The notes beneath the pieces were generated by a model, which saw only the letters and a program-made list of their open reading frames with translations, did no database searches and was not told the DNA's origin. A stretch of 64,000 nt of DNA from Takakia lepidozioides (lineage: Eukaryota; Plantae; Bryophyta). How positions within the stretch are numbered: the stretch's first letter is position 1; the number at the start of each line of letters is the position of its first letter. Where the stretch lies: NCBI GenBank assembly GCA_030704615.1, contig CM060732.1:310001-374000 (forward strand), read 5' to 3'. Position numbers and translations under genes: made by a program. Positions 40,541 to 53,524 of this stretch are shown here, piece after piece.

Positions 40541-40569
40541 AAAGCTTCTCTTCATGTCTGTGGTGCTAT

Positions 40570-41200
40570 TGCAAGGTGACTTCAATGCCCAAGTGGGCAA
40601 AGGCTCCATTAGGACGATATCATTGGGTCTTCTGGTGAGGACGAGCTGAATTCTAATGGCAAACGGTTAATTAACTGTCTGGAAGAGCTTCAGCTTTTGA
40701 CCTTGAATAACAAGACAAGAGGTGACCAAGTACAGTGGACTCGTGAGAAATCCCAAACTGGGGAACGTTCCATTGTGGACTATATCATAATGGACAAAAA
40801 TTTGTTCCCCCAGTGTTTCTCTTCGATGATCAACAGAACTGATATTGGTACCTCTGTCCACTTCCTGGTTTGGACTGAGATCAAAAGGTGTTTTCCCAAC
40901 ACCAGAGTAGAAGAGATTCTCAAGGACCTGGACCTGGATCCGCAAGTCTTGACCCTGCTGGATAAATCCGACTTAGAGGCTGTAGTGTCCAAAGCCATGT
41001 CTGTTGCCATGAGATTGTCTGATGAAAATGAAGTTAGGCAGAAAACTTCCCTGAACTTGTTTCTAGTCAGTGACATGGGGGAGGACATCTTGGATGACCT
41101 CAAGGGTCCACCCACTCTCGGCACTAGACTGAAATTTAAACTCAGGGAAGGAAGCCTACCTTTGAACAGCAAACGGAACGAGGTACTTTCCAACTTGCTC
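40570..41200 (+). mobile_element. Internally deleted LINE fragment (AP-endonuclease plus C-terminal piece)
   Basis: GDFNAQVG..NSNGKRLI..LNN..WTR..SIVDYII; later KFKLREGSLPLN. Confidence 0.7.
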
Positions 41201-42811
41201 TGCCCATTCATCACAGCACTCTCCAGACAATGCTTGACCATGAAGGTAACCCATGCTCACATACACCCTATCATAGATTAAGAAGCCTGTCCCAACAGTG
41301 ATTCACCGACAAAAGACATGTAAGGGTTACTTTAAAGTGGAGGGCCAGATGTCAGGTCAGGTGAGGACCCATAAATATCTGGCTTGTTGTCTTTTCTCCT
41401 CAATGAGGGCAAATATGGTTCTCTCATTCATCTATGCCATCCATTAGAAAGATATGGTTGGAACAGGTGGTTGAGTGTCGGCATTAAGCTCATAGATATC
41501 CTGGTGGCTCAAAACCCCAAGACTAACTCCAGAAGGCTTTGTACCAGATAGTGACCAAGCCTGGAGAGCATGTCAAAGCCAACAATCACAGGGAGCTGCA
41601 TACATCTACTTCTGTCTCTCCCTCCCTCAGTTAGACTGGAAGCAAGAGCCAGAAGGGAGTGTTGTGATTGGAGAATCAACCAGTATTAATACGTTGCTGC
41701 ATATTGTTGATAAACTCCACTCACATGTAAAATATCTTGCACAGGTCTTTTAACACACAGCTGTGGACTGCCAGCCACAATTACAGGCTGGCTCTACTAT
41801 ACCACATGTTTAGCATCCTCACAGACTTGGAGCTGCTGAAGTCTTCATTACTTTCAAGATAACACAGTTTCACCACCTTCTCGCACAAAAATTGATCAAA
41901 TTAAGATAGCAAGAAGAGAAAGGCAGACCTTGCCAGGTGTCGAAGGAAAATTGTCCTGCATGGACGGAGACATTTTCAACAAGGGACTCTGTAAAGTCTT
42001 GGTGGGAGAGTCGAGGTACATCCCCGGAGAACCACAACCCCTCTTTGCGTGTGATGGGTTCCTCCCCTTTCTTGCCTGGTCTACCACCCAGCAGTGGATC
42101 TCAACCCGGTCTTCCAGACTTTCTCCTCATTATTTCCTGCATGCCACAGCCAAACCCAAGGAAATTTAGCATCATTTTGGCACATTGAATCTAACGTACC
42201 TAGGGGATGGGCATTAAATGTCCACCGCCGTCCGTTTTTATTTGGGCTGGCGACACATGGCTTCCTCGATACGTACCCTAAATCTGATGCTAATCTTGGA
42301 TTAACTTCTATTCGAGGCATGTACCCCAAAAAACTGAGATCTTTTTCCATTTTGGCTGGGACTTATGCCGCCTGAAGGGCGTGGCTCTCCTGAGAGAGAC
42401 CTCACATCCAGACCGCGGCAAAAGTTGAAAGCGCTGTACTACGGACGACGGCCAATCTCTCGCATGGCCAAACTTAAGCTCCAGCAGGAGATTCCAGTGT
42501 CTTGCTCACAACCCGCGCCAACTGAAGCCGAGTACTCTCAGGCAAGCCACTTTTGCTTTCGCTTTGTTCGCTTTCGCTTTGTTGTTTCGCTTTGTTTTTG
42601 CATCTTCATCCTGGCATTGCTAGAAGCATGTCATTCTTAGGCATTGGTTGGATTTGTTTTCATTGTTGTTCCACGATTGTTGCTATGGTGGTTGCGCTGC
42701 TCGTTGCCATTCTGGTTTTGGCACCGATGTTGGTTTTGACGATTTTGGGAATGACAGAGTGATGACGAGCCTGGCACGCTGGGGTTATCATCGACCGCTC
42801 CAACTCATCGC

Positions 42812-45800
42812 ATGTTTGAATCGCCCAACTTGGGGCGAGAGGGCAAACTTCAACCTTTTGTTGGTGGACGGGAGGACCTGCAGCGAGGGCACGACAGAAT
42901 AGGCATTGGGGAGGTTGGTGCAGGCGGCATGGCATGTGAAGGGCGTGAGGACGTGAGGACAGCAGATCCGGCAATGAAGGTTGTTGATGCACATGCAATA
43001 GGGCCCGCCCACGCAAAGAAGAAGAAGAAAGCTAAGCACATGCAATCCCCGGCGAGAGAGCCGTCACGGGCTGCGGAGGGGGGAGTGAGCAGTGCGCGCG
43101 AGGGTGTTCCTTCTCCTCAATCAAAGGTGGTCGTCCTGGAGGGCTCCCCTGCTGCTAGCCCTAGTAAGAAACAGAAAGCCCGTGAGAGGGCAAAAGAACA
43201 GGCGAGACAGAAGGCTAGCCAGGAGGAAAGAGAAAAGGCCATTGAAGAGGCCAGGGGTGCCCAAATGACAGATGCCAATGTAAGCGAGGGACGCACATAG
43301 ACGGTGGATCCCTCCAAGACACCACAAAGAGGCAGTAACACACCGGTTACACCATCGTGGACAAGAGCAGCCCCCGCAATTACCCATACGGTGGAGAGTG
43401 GAGGAGAGGAAAGAACACCACAAAGAGCACAGATTGTGCAAGTTCGAGGTGAAGCCGGGGAGATGGCAGTAGAGACAGGGAGAGTGCTCGAGGTGGTTTC
43501 GCCGGTGGTTCACCATGTTGAGGAGGACGACACCGAGCTTTCTGACCAGGATGACATCCTCCCGGACATCCCCAGGCCCCAAACCCGCAGCATACAGGCT
43601 GGATTTGGCGGTCCTGGTGGGCTGCCGGAGAACCCCTTTGCAGCAGACGTCATGTCCGAGGCAGATATGAAGTTGGCCGATGCCAAGATGTTGGAGGCAA
43701 CCCACAGCAACATTGGCAGGGTGCTGGGGGCATGGTGTACCCGCCCAAGCTTCGAATTCCCCTTTGCCGCTTGGTGTCTTTGCAGGTGGTGAGACCTGCC
43801 CTCCCAGGCGATATCGACAAGCTGAAATTCTCTTTCCGGGATGGATATCGAATGGGGTCTGCCGCGTTTTACGTTTCCATTGAGAACGACCACGGAGCTT
43901 CCCGTGCCCACACTTCCAATGAGGTGGACAAATGGGGTCCCCATTGGCAAAGGCGAAATGAGGAGTTCGAGAGATCGATTGTTACTGATCCTCTTTTCCA
44001 GCACTTGTCCGGGAAGATGTTTTACGTGTGGGACGGCAATCATCGCCTCCTGGCATGGATGGAGCACATAGCCGAAGCCCACCCCAACGACCTCGATTGG
44101 CATTTCGCCGTGGAGTGTGTTGTGCTGAAGGTTGCGGGGCCCAAAGATTGCAGTCTTCTCAAAGCTGCAATGGCGGACATCAACTCGTAAGTTACAACGC
44201 CTCTTGCTTTTGGACCCATCCGATTGTAAGTCATTTCATTGCGAATCCTCATATTTGTGGTAAATTCCCATTTCAGAATTGTTTGATGGAAATGTGGCAT
44301 TGCAGGGTGACAGAGAATGCTTTCATTGCCACCAACTTGTCCCATATGCTCTTCCGAGTGAAGGATGTCGGGAAGCAGGGTGTGCAAGAGTTTGCCAATT
44401 CGCTCAGTGCCGACCTCCTGCGCAAGTCGGAGGCAAAGGCAGACAGAACCTGGTATAGGCTGAGCATGGACGCCATGGTGGACTACATATTTCGGGTAAA
44501 GCTCCTGACTGTTTTGTTGAGCTAATCTGTCTCTCCTCCCCCAATAGAAGAAAAGTGTTGAGCAGGATCTCTAATCTTATGTGCGCATTCTTGACAAACA
44601 AAAATTCAGCAGGATTTGGCACATGCGCGGAGGTTCTACATGGAGTCAGAGGAGAAGAATCGAACCCTCCCGGCACTCGAATCATATCTCAAAGCTGCGG
44701 AGGTGAGGGCCCGCATAAAGTACATGTCGCGGATGATAAAGTACGTGGCCATAGCTGATCCCGCCCTTGGTGCTGACTTTCTGGTGGAGGTGGGGAAGCA
44801 CTACTCCCGCGCTCTGAAGCCCACGATGACATTGGAGAAGCTCCATCGTCTAGCCACATCCTGTGTGGATGGTGCAGAAAAGGTGATACATTCTTAACCA
44901 AATTGTGGTGGCAACAACTCGTTTTTGTGGTGTTTGGCACTTACGAATATGCTGGTGGTTGGACAGACCCGGTGGCTCCAAATCTGGAATGGTTCCCAAA
45001 GTACAAGGGACATGTGGAGCTTCCCCAAACCGGACAAACTGTCTGACCCCACATTCGACATGTGGATGAACCGCATGACATGGTGGTTTCAGGTACTTCC
45101 CCACGCTTCGTTTGGCGCTTCTACTCTTGTAGGGGGTGGATTCATTGTATTTTTTCAGCAATGCGATCTGATGGAGAATCTCCACAGGTGACGACGAATG
45201 CGTAGAGCAGCTGGACACACAAGCACATCAGTTCAAGATGGAGATTTCTCCTGCAGCAGAGAGCCTACGCGACTATGTGACGAGGTACTTTCTGCTCTAC
45301 AAAACCGACCTATTCTTTCGGGAGATACCACATGCCCGCCGGAGCCACGAGTTCACCGACCAGCCGAACGCGGACAAAGCAGCAATGCGCCTTCTGTACA
45401 GGTACATACGCGATGCCTTCCTTTCAGTCCTTGCATTTTTCGCCGAATTTCCAGATCAGGGCTCCGAAAATGGCTAAGTCCCTAGGGTGGCTGGCCCTGA
45501 ACTGGAAATTCGGCGTCATTTTTCCAGGTCAAGGCCATATGGGATAGCCACTTTCGGGCCGGACCTGGGAAAATGGCGCCGAATTTCCAGTCAGGGCTCC
45601 GAAAATGGCTAAGTCCCTAGGGTGGCTGGCCCTGAACTGGAAATTCGGCGCCATTTTTCCAGTTCTGGGCCATATTGCCCTTGCGGGACTTAGCCATTTT
45701 CGGGCCGGACCTGGGAAAATGGCGCTGAATTTCCAGTCAGGGCTCCGAAAATGGCTAAGTCCCTAGGGTGGCTGGCCCTGAACTGGAAATTCGGCGCCAT

Positions 45801-48401
45801 TTTTCCATTTCTAGGCCCTACTGCCGTTCTAGGACGTAGCCATCTTCGGGCCAAACCGGGAAAAATGGCGCCGAATTTCCAGTTCAGGGCTCCCAAGATG
45901 GCTAAGTCCCTAGGGTGGCAGTCACCGAAAACCGAAATTCGGCGCCATTTTTCCATTTCTAGGCCCACTCAGATCCGCCCCAACCTGGGAAAATGGTGCC
46001 GAATTTGCAGTTCAGGGACCTCATTGTGTTTTTCATGAATGCAGGTACTGCAAGTTCTCCCTTTTGGAGAAAGGTCATCTGTCTTTCGAGCCACCATTCT
46101 TCCTGGCATGGAGGAACCCTGGGGCTGACTCCATGTACACTGACGATATTGTGAAGGAGTGGCATCTGGAACATTTGCGTGATTGTCTTTGGTATGTGGA
46201 CCTTCCGCCCGGCATGCTCGACCCATCCGAGTTTCAATTGAAGCTGGATGCTGAGGCCCGACGAAACCGGGGCTCCGCTACCTCCGTTGGGTGCAAAAGA
46301 GGCAAAAGCGCTTGCGAACTCCAGGAAAGCGACAGAGCTTGCTTAGGCAGGAATTCAGGAGAAATTGAATGAGAAGAGTAAAGGCCAAATGAAAAGGACA
46401 AGGAAACAGGTGAGTGCAGTAACACCCAAAAAAAGAAAACCATCGGGGCATCGGAGCAGGTGCAGGAGGGGACCCAAGAGAGTGACTCGGATGACGACTT
46501 TGTTCAAGGTCCTGCAACTGCTGTTGCTGCTACCAAGTCACCGGTCGTCCGGGTTCCCAAGTCAGTTCGGAGTGGGACTGGCTCTGCCAAGAAGTTGGCA
46601 TTTGAGGGCGAGCCTACACGGCGGTATTCGGCGGTGACGTTTACGCACAGGCCAAAGCTAGAACCTCCAACCATCATCCAATGCGTCAATGAGAGCTTCC
46701 TTGACGCTCTCGCTGCCAGGGCGAAGAAGGTGGCACACAGCAAGTCTCTGGCGGAGCAGAAGGGGAAAGCCAAGAAGAGGGCTGCCGGTACAGAGCCTAA
46801 AGACACCCCTGGTTTTGAGGCCATGATGGAATTCTTCACGGCTGTGAGCACGGATTGCAAGAGCACTCGGGGGGGGGGGGGGGGGGGGGTTGAGGTGGAG
46901 AGAGCTTGCGACATGATTCTCCTCGACATTCCAGATGGGGAGCTGCTGGAGGGCCTGGATGGTGTGCCCACTTGGAACAGGTTTACTAAGGACTACTGGA
47001 AAGCCGGGTTTGGGCTGGCGGGGATGCTTCTGGATGACGGTGGATGTGTGGTTGTCCTTGCCACAAGAGGGAAGACCACAGAGAATGCGGTGGCAAGGTG
47101 GACACCGAAAAGTGTCACCCCGGTCCTCCTCAGAAAAAGGTTCTGCATCAATACACAGGGGTTGCGAACAGAGGGCCAAAGTGTAAGTTATCAATCTATT
47201 GCATTCACCTCATATTGTGGTGTATCTAAACAAGATCCCGGAGTTGATCCCTATTTTGTTGGATGTGCAGACATTGGTGTTTGAGGCATATTGCTTTGTG
47301 AAGAGAGGGTCTACGTTCAAATTCCGCAACAACGGTCGTCTTGTTGATGCCGCTGTGGACCCTGTTACCTACGATGTCCTCTACAACTATGTGCCCCACT
47401 CCAATATGCCGAAGGACACAAAGACAGGCAAACCGTGGCGGTACAGCCGGACCCGGAGCCCTGCTTTCATCCAAACCCTCATGGAGACGTGCTCGGATGT
47501 CCAAGGGCGGATTCTGGACCTCACATGCGGCACGGGTAAGCCTTCACGTGCTCAGTTTGTCCCCTGGCCCGATTGCAATTGCATGCCGCAAGCTATTAAC
47601 CGCCCGCTTTATTCCTCAGGTGCTTCAACATGGGCAGGGACGTTGTCCGACAGGCATGTGTTCGCCTTCGAGCCAGATACTGCCCTCCACAACTCGGAAC
47701 TTGCAGCGGCTGAACGTCTGCCGAAAGAGGAAGAGGCATCCTCGGAGGATGAGGAAAAATCCGAGAAGGAGTAGGGGGAGGAACAAGTTGGGATCAAGGC
47801 CGAGGAGCCCCCGGTGTACGAGTGAGTGGTCGCATTGTAAGTTGCCTCTAGATTTCGTGAGGCACCTCCCTTCGCTCTCTTATTACCCTTTCTGCTTCTG
47901 CTGGTATTGACATTCTTGAAGTGGATTTGTTCTTACTGTAGGATGCCAAGTACGGCAGGAGGGTCGTCTACACCGGAGTTCATGGGCAGGAGGAACGTGC
48001 CTTTTTTTGCCAGGGGGGATTTCATGCCTAGTCCAGAAAGGGACTACATCCTTCCTACTTATGCTGCCCGGCTTGCTTCGGTGTCCATTAGGAGGTGTTC
48101 CGAACCTAGTCGTGTACAGCAGATTTTAGACGAGGCAAGCCTCAAGAAAATGAAGATGAGGGAGGAGGCAACAGCTATTAGAGCCCGTCGGGCTCATAGA
48201 TTTGTGTTGGATTCTGCTGAGGAAAGTGGGGGAGAAGAGGCAGAAGATTCCCAGGAGGTGAGGTGGACAGTCCCCCAAGGAGAGGACGACATTTTTGAGA
48301 GGCATACTGCAACCGATGCATCACAGAGCTCGGAGGATGGGGGGGATGAGGGGGATGAGGAAGAAGGAGGGCCAAGTTCCTCGGAAGGTGTAGGAGAGTA
48401 G
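42812..48401 (+). pseudogene. Multi-exon gene: ParB/Srx-like domain plus beta-class amino (N4C/N6A-type) DNA methyltransferase domain, acidic termini
   Basis: RIPLCRL..VRP..FYVWDGNHRLLAW (44032). DMILLDIPDG (46925, motif IV-like). RSPAFIQTLMETCSDVQGRILDLTCGTG|ASTWAGTLSDRHVFAFEPD (motifs X-I-II) after removing GT-AG intron 47536-47619. Other introns e.g. 44187-44305 and 47183-47270. A few stops and frameshifts. Confidence 0.7.
45440..46020. repeat. Intronic array of hairpin units CGCCGAATTTCCAG...CTGGAAATTCGGCG
   Basis: About 4 units of ~135-145 bp, each with 14-bp inverted arms around GGCTAAGTCCCTAGGGTGGC. Confidence 0.85.
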
Positions 48402-48549
48402 TTCCCATTCCTGCTATGACAGTTAGGACACACTTGTATAGACGTGGCTTGCCACCAAATTTGCAATAAAATGTTGCATTTCATTGCTATGACGAGTCCA
48501 CATGACCCTATTTCCGTGCCTCCTAACCCTATTTCCGTGGACACAATTC

Positions 48550-48613
48550 GGCCCGCTCATGCTTTTTTTTTTTTCCGCTCATGCTCATTGCCGCTCATGA
48601 AATAGCAGCCCCC
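48550..48613. mobile_element. MULE-like right terminus
   Basis: CCGCTCATG repeats ending AAATAGCAGCCCCC. The reverse complement resembles termini at 55581, 62672 and 10683. Confidence 0.5.
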
Positions 48614-48699
48614 ATGCTATAGCATATGGCGCTTGTAAAATTGCCTACAACATGTCCTTCCTATAGCAATCGTGAGGCTCCATCCAATTGAATGGTGGC

Positions 48700-49600
48700 G
48701 ACATGAAACATCACGTTATGGTGCTCAACGTCGGTCGAGTCTCCTGAACAACATCGCATAGCTGCTCTAGAGCAAGAGTAAAACACTCTGCCATGAATTT
48801 ATCCTCAAATGCACTCCCATCGTAATGACTGCCACCATTGATTTTGTGTCCTATCTTACCAACAACAAATGTTTTGGAAGCCATGGTCTGGGTGGGCCTT
48901 CGCGGTGGGCCATCCACCAAATTGTTTGTTGCTGCGTGGACCATAGCAATTGGCGCCACCCACCAACGCTGATGCAATTCCTCCTTCATTTTGCTGGTAG
49001 TTTCAAAAAGATATGGAGATATCTTCGCTGCCTCCGTGGAGGTTGCCATTCCCCAATCACACACCCTGATGTGCACCTGGTCGGTACTATCTGGGAAATG
49101 CAACAAAATATTACTCGGTGAAAGGTCATTGTGCATGACGTGGTTCTTATGAACACTATCCATAATGCTCAGCAGTGCCCAAGCCAATTTACTCTGGTGG
49201 CGGCGGTAACGAACCAAACGGTTCACCTGCTCCCGATCTTGCTTGGTCCAATGCTTTGCCAACACCTCCTGTTATCCACCCGGCTCCCAAATTGTTTGTC
49301 ACTCTTCCAAACATCACGTAGGGAACCCTCATTCCACCACAATGTGTAACCCTCCAAGTCTCGTGGATGAACACATATATATTTTATAATCCCATGATGT
49401 GCGAATCGCACAACCATGGCCTCTTCAAAATGTTGCCTCCTAGCAAGATGAGGATCTTTCTCCTTAGGTGGTTTTCCCGCCAATTGCCAATTAACATTAA
49501 TTCAGATATCACCCGCAATTCGTACCTTACGAACTCGTCCAAAGCCCCCTCCCGTGGTGCATCCAACTGCTCCACCACTACGTTTGAACCGAGGTACAAC
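48700..49600 (-). pseudogene. Protein kinase domain (frameshifted)
   Basis: EGGFGRVRKV (Gly loop), LAGK, HHGIIK, NEGSL, HKNHVMHNDLSPSNILL, VCDWGMA, WVAP. Confidence 0.8.
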
Positions 49601-50209
49601 AATGCCGCTCCCTCTCCAGGAATGCTGTCGGGCTCCGCCGGTCGTGGGATTGATGACAACGCTGAGTGTGTAGAAGCGGCGTCCGGATGAATGGGCAAGC
49701 TATCGGGTCTGGTATCGAGTGCAAGGTGGTGGCCCTAGCCTAACACGTTCCTCGTCCACCCTTGCCATCATGTGGAGTGACTCCATGGAGTATTGATTGC
49801 CACTCTGCTGACTATCATTTTGGAGGCGACGAGGCGACGAGTTAACATTGTTGGCGACAGTTTCAGCGGCCTCCAAGGTAGCTACAAGGTCCTGGACATT
49901 TGGGAGATCAATGGATTTCACACCCACTAACGCGCTTGCTAGACTCATTTGCCACGTTCTAATGACTTGCCTAATGGCCTTGGCATATCTGTTGATTTTC
50001 TTTTCATCCGCATCCTCATATGCGGGATTGCGACGCAGCCGCCGCTCTTTGCGTTCCGTCATTGGTCGTTCATTCAGATCCATGATTTGGCAACACGCTC
50101 AAGGCTATGCAGCAGCAGATGCTGACCAATCGGATTACCATTGTATGAGGAAAGGTTCGATTCACTCCGTTTGGTGGGTTCTCGGGCAACTAAAAAAACC
50201 TCTCACTTC

Positions 50210-52100
50210 TTATTCCCCAATGTCCTCCAAGGTTTCGACAAAACAACTCCCGTTGATCTGGATCTTCTGAGCACGTTTTGTGATTTCCCAATTAGATGTC
50301 ATCCAAAACTCATTGATATCAAACGTTCGATCGGATATCATGCCATGCATCCTCGTATCGGCATTCCACGCCAACGTCTTCCCCCAGTGGTTGCCGTTCA
50401 GAAAATGGTGAGGTTCCTGGTCCAAAGGGAAATTGTGTCGATTGAGCTCATACCCTATGGGCATCATATCCTCCAACCCAAATAGCTCATAGTAACGTCG
50501 GTGGATTGGCGCACGACATGACGGACATGTGTTGCTTATCAGAGCCGCCGACTTCAAACAAGTTACGTGAAACATATGTCCACAACTTCCCAACAAGTAT
50601 GCACCCTTAGGACCATATGGATTAAGGCAAACCGGACAACACGAGCCATCTTTGATCCATGATGGTATTGGAGACGTGGGCACTCCACCCGCTTGTTGTC
50701 AAACAAGTGAGATGACATTTGTGTCTCACTAGTATCCCACACCTCCTCCATTTCAAATTCCCAAATTATGCTCTCATTGCCTCCACCAACTCTATGTTCA
50801 CAACGGTCAAACATGCCATGTAAATCACCCCACACCGTGAATGAGTCAAACTTGGATGTATGGGTGGCAAGTGTGGCGGACACGTCTTGGCCTTCACGTT
50901 TTTTTCTTTCTTCATCATTTTGTTTTTCTTGGTTAGTGGCAAATGCCTCATAGCGCTGCATGCTTGCATAAATGTTCTGCACAACACGATCTGACATCCG
51001 TGCAACTTGTTGTAGTCGATATAGTGCATGTTCTTTCTGAACCTCTTCTGATGCCAAAGTTCTCACCCACATGACCCACTCCGTCCACCTCTCTTCACGC
51101 GGCACACACCTTTTGAGGTCTACTACCCTGGCCAACCGATTTGCAGTCGCCCTTGCGGTATCACGTTCCTTAATGAGATTTTCCACAACAATTGTTGTGT
51201 CAGATTGAATAGTTGTTCCTGGACACTCACCCCTCACCACCATAGGCTCTTTGCCTTTTGTCCTCTGCTCACATTCAAGCCTTGCATCCTATGCAACAGC
51301 AAATGACGACCGGGGCGGGCTAGGAATATCATAAGTTATTTTTGCAATGACATCGTCGACCAATATTGAGGACCGTCTCTCCAATTCCTCTATTTCACGC
51401 CTTTGCCTATTCACCATGTCCTCCAACTCCACGATACGTCGGTCTTTGGCTTGCAATTCATTTTCCAACAAAGGCTGTGCTACAGTTGCTTCGGGTGCAT
51501 TCAATACGGGTTGGGACAATGGCAGTGCTACTGTTGCTGCAGGTGCATTCAACTCGCATTGGGGTTATGGTAGAGTTATTGTTGCTGCAGCTGCATTCAA
51601 CTGGCTATGGGGCTGGGGCTCATATGGGTCGGGGATGTCGCTAAAGGTGTACTGCTTCACTCCTTTTTGTTTTGTGGCTGTCTGCCAATCCACACGCCTA
51701 TGCAAAACAACCTCAACATACACCATGGCTGCCAATGTATATGGTATGGAGTTTCGGTACAACTTTGGTTGTCCCCACAATGTCTTGTATACATCTTCGG
51801 CCTTTGGCGAAAATGTGCATTTGTGCAAGTTGGGGCGTCGCAACAATTGTTCCGAGTGTGTATCTGATGCCTTGGCCTGGGCCACAAACGGTTTATGTGA
51901 CACATTTTCACGAATTTTTTACACATCCCCACAGTCTACAGTTTGTCCTCCGGAATAGCATCCCATCCGTCGACCGCTTGAATTTCCGGCCTATCGTAAA
52001 CGTCCCAATTGAGGTCCTGTTTCTTCCCATTTGGCACTTCTCTTCCCTGCAGGGCCTGGTTCGACCGCCTCCTCTTGGTGCCTACGCCGTTGCCCTCCCT
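50210..52100 (-). pseudogene. Coiled-coil protein with RING-H2 finger (probably the same gene as the kinase)
   Basis: CPVC-x14-CGHMFHVTC-x10-CPSC in ORF 50210-50683. Upstream co-directional coiled-coil ORF pieces at 50563-51903. Confidence 0.7.
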
Positions 52101-52131
52101 CCTCCGTCATTTTTATAACGTTCGTAATATT

Positions 52132-53112
52132 TAAGGTAAAGGCCATCGCATAGATTCCACGTCCCACGAATGTGAGCCGAGTTCGAGCTTTCATGGGGTT
52201 GGCAAACTACTATAGACGGTTTGTCAAGGGATTTAGTGCTATTGCAAAGGCTCTAACCAAGCTGACCAAGGTAGACCAGGAGTGGCAGTGGGAAAATGAG
52301 CAAGAACGAGCTTTTCAGGAGCTCAAGGCAAGGTTGACCTCGGCGCCGATCTTGAGACGACCTATCAGGGGGCGTCCCTTTCAGGTGCATACAGATTGGA
52401 GCATGCTGGGGCTTGGAGCGGTGCTCACACAGGTGGATGATGAGGGAAGAGAATTCGTAGTGGCTTATGCTAGCCGCTCGAACAACGCTGTAGAATCTAA
52501 GTATAGCTCATATGAGGGGGAGTGCTTAGCTGCAGTGTGGGCCGTGGCACACTTCAGGTGCTATCTATACGACAATCTCTTCACCCTTATCACGGATCAC
52601 CAGCCACTCAAGTGGTTGATGGAGTCAGACAAGCTTACGGGGAAGCTTGCACGTTGGGCACTTATACTCCAGGAGTATGACTTTCAGGTTGTGCATCGAC
52701 CGGGTTTGGTCAATAGGGATGCGGATGGATTGAGTTGCAAACCATGCACAAGCCAGCAGGATGACACTGGAGCTCGGTGGCATGGTGAGACGGACGAGGA
52801 GATGGTGCCGGGATGGCATGCATCTGCCTTTTTGTGTATCTTGGCATCGGGAGGTCAGATTGGACCTACAACATGGATGACTGTAGACGGAGTGTCTGAG
52901 GACCCTGAGGCTAGTGATGAGCCAGGTGGTGCCAGAGATATACATGAGGATTCGGTTGTGTTGGACTACCTCCGCACTGGAGACCGGCAGCTAGTGTGAC
53001 TGCCAAGGAGAGGGATCGGATCCTGCAACGAGCTAAGAGGTTTAAGTGGGAAGGGATACACCTGCTTTGAGTATTGGAGGATGGTCGGGTGAGGATTGTG
53101 CCTCACCCAACA
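52132..53112 (+). mobile_element. Isolated second copy of the Gypsy RNase H/linker region
   Basis: Closely similar but non-identical to 33765-34745. It lacks most of the stop codons found in the first copy. Confidence 0.9.
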
Positions 53113-53186
53113 GATTGGGTTTTTTCTTCACGTCGCTGATTACGCACTAGGTGTTTAAGGTGAAGTCGGCAACGACTATAGGCATT

Positions 53187-53402
53187 GCGGCGAATTCGAA
53201 ACAGTGGTGTGGCTCCCACGATGGACAATGATGCAGGTGAAAGCAATCATGGAGCGCAGGAATCGGACCGCGACAGGCCTCCGTCCCCTCAGCTGCGGCG
53301 AATTGGAAATAGTGGTGTGGCTCCCACGATGGACAGTGCTGCAGGCGAAAGCAGCAGTGCACCGCTGGAATCTGACCACGACAGGCCTCCGTCCCCTCAG
53401 CT
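53187..53402 (+). repeat. Direct tandem duplication, 108 bp x2
   Basis: GCGGCGAATT.GAAA.AGTGGTGTGGCTCCCACGATGGACA...CCTCCGTCCCCTCAGCT occurs twice. Confidence 0.85.
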
Positions 53403-53524
53403 GCTATATTTTTCGCAAATCCACTTCTACAACGACATGTTGGTTTTGGTGGATGCCATAAATGACAAAAATCTCAAATTATCATGACATCTGTGAATTT
53501 GATGCATTTATCAATTAGAAGGTA

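Noticed and set aside
43732-47774. Bacterial or phage contamination explaining ParB and the MTase
   Set aside because: The motifs are interrupted by spliceosomal GT-AG introns and embedded among plant TEs.
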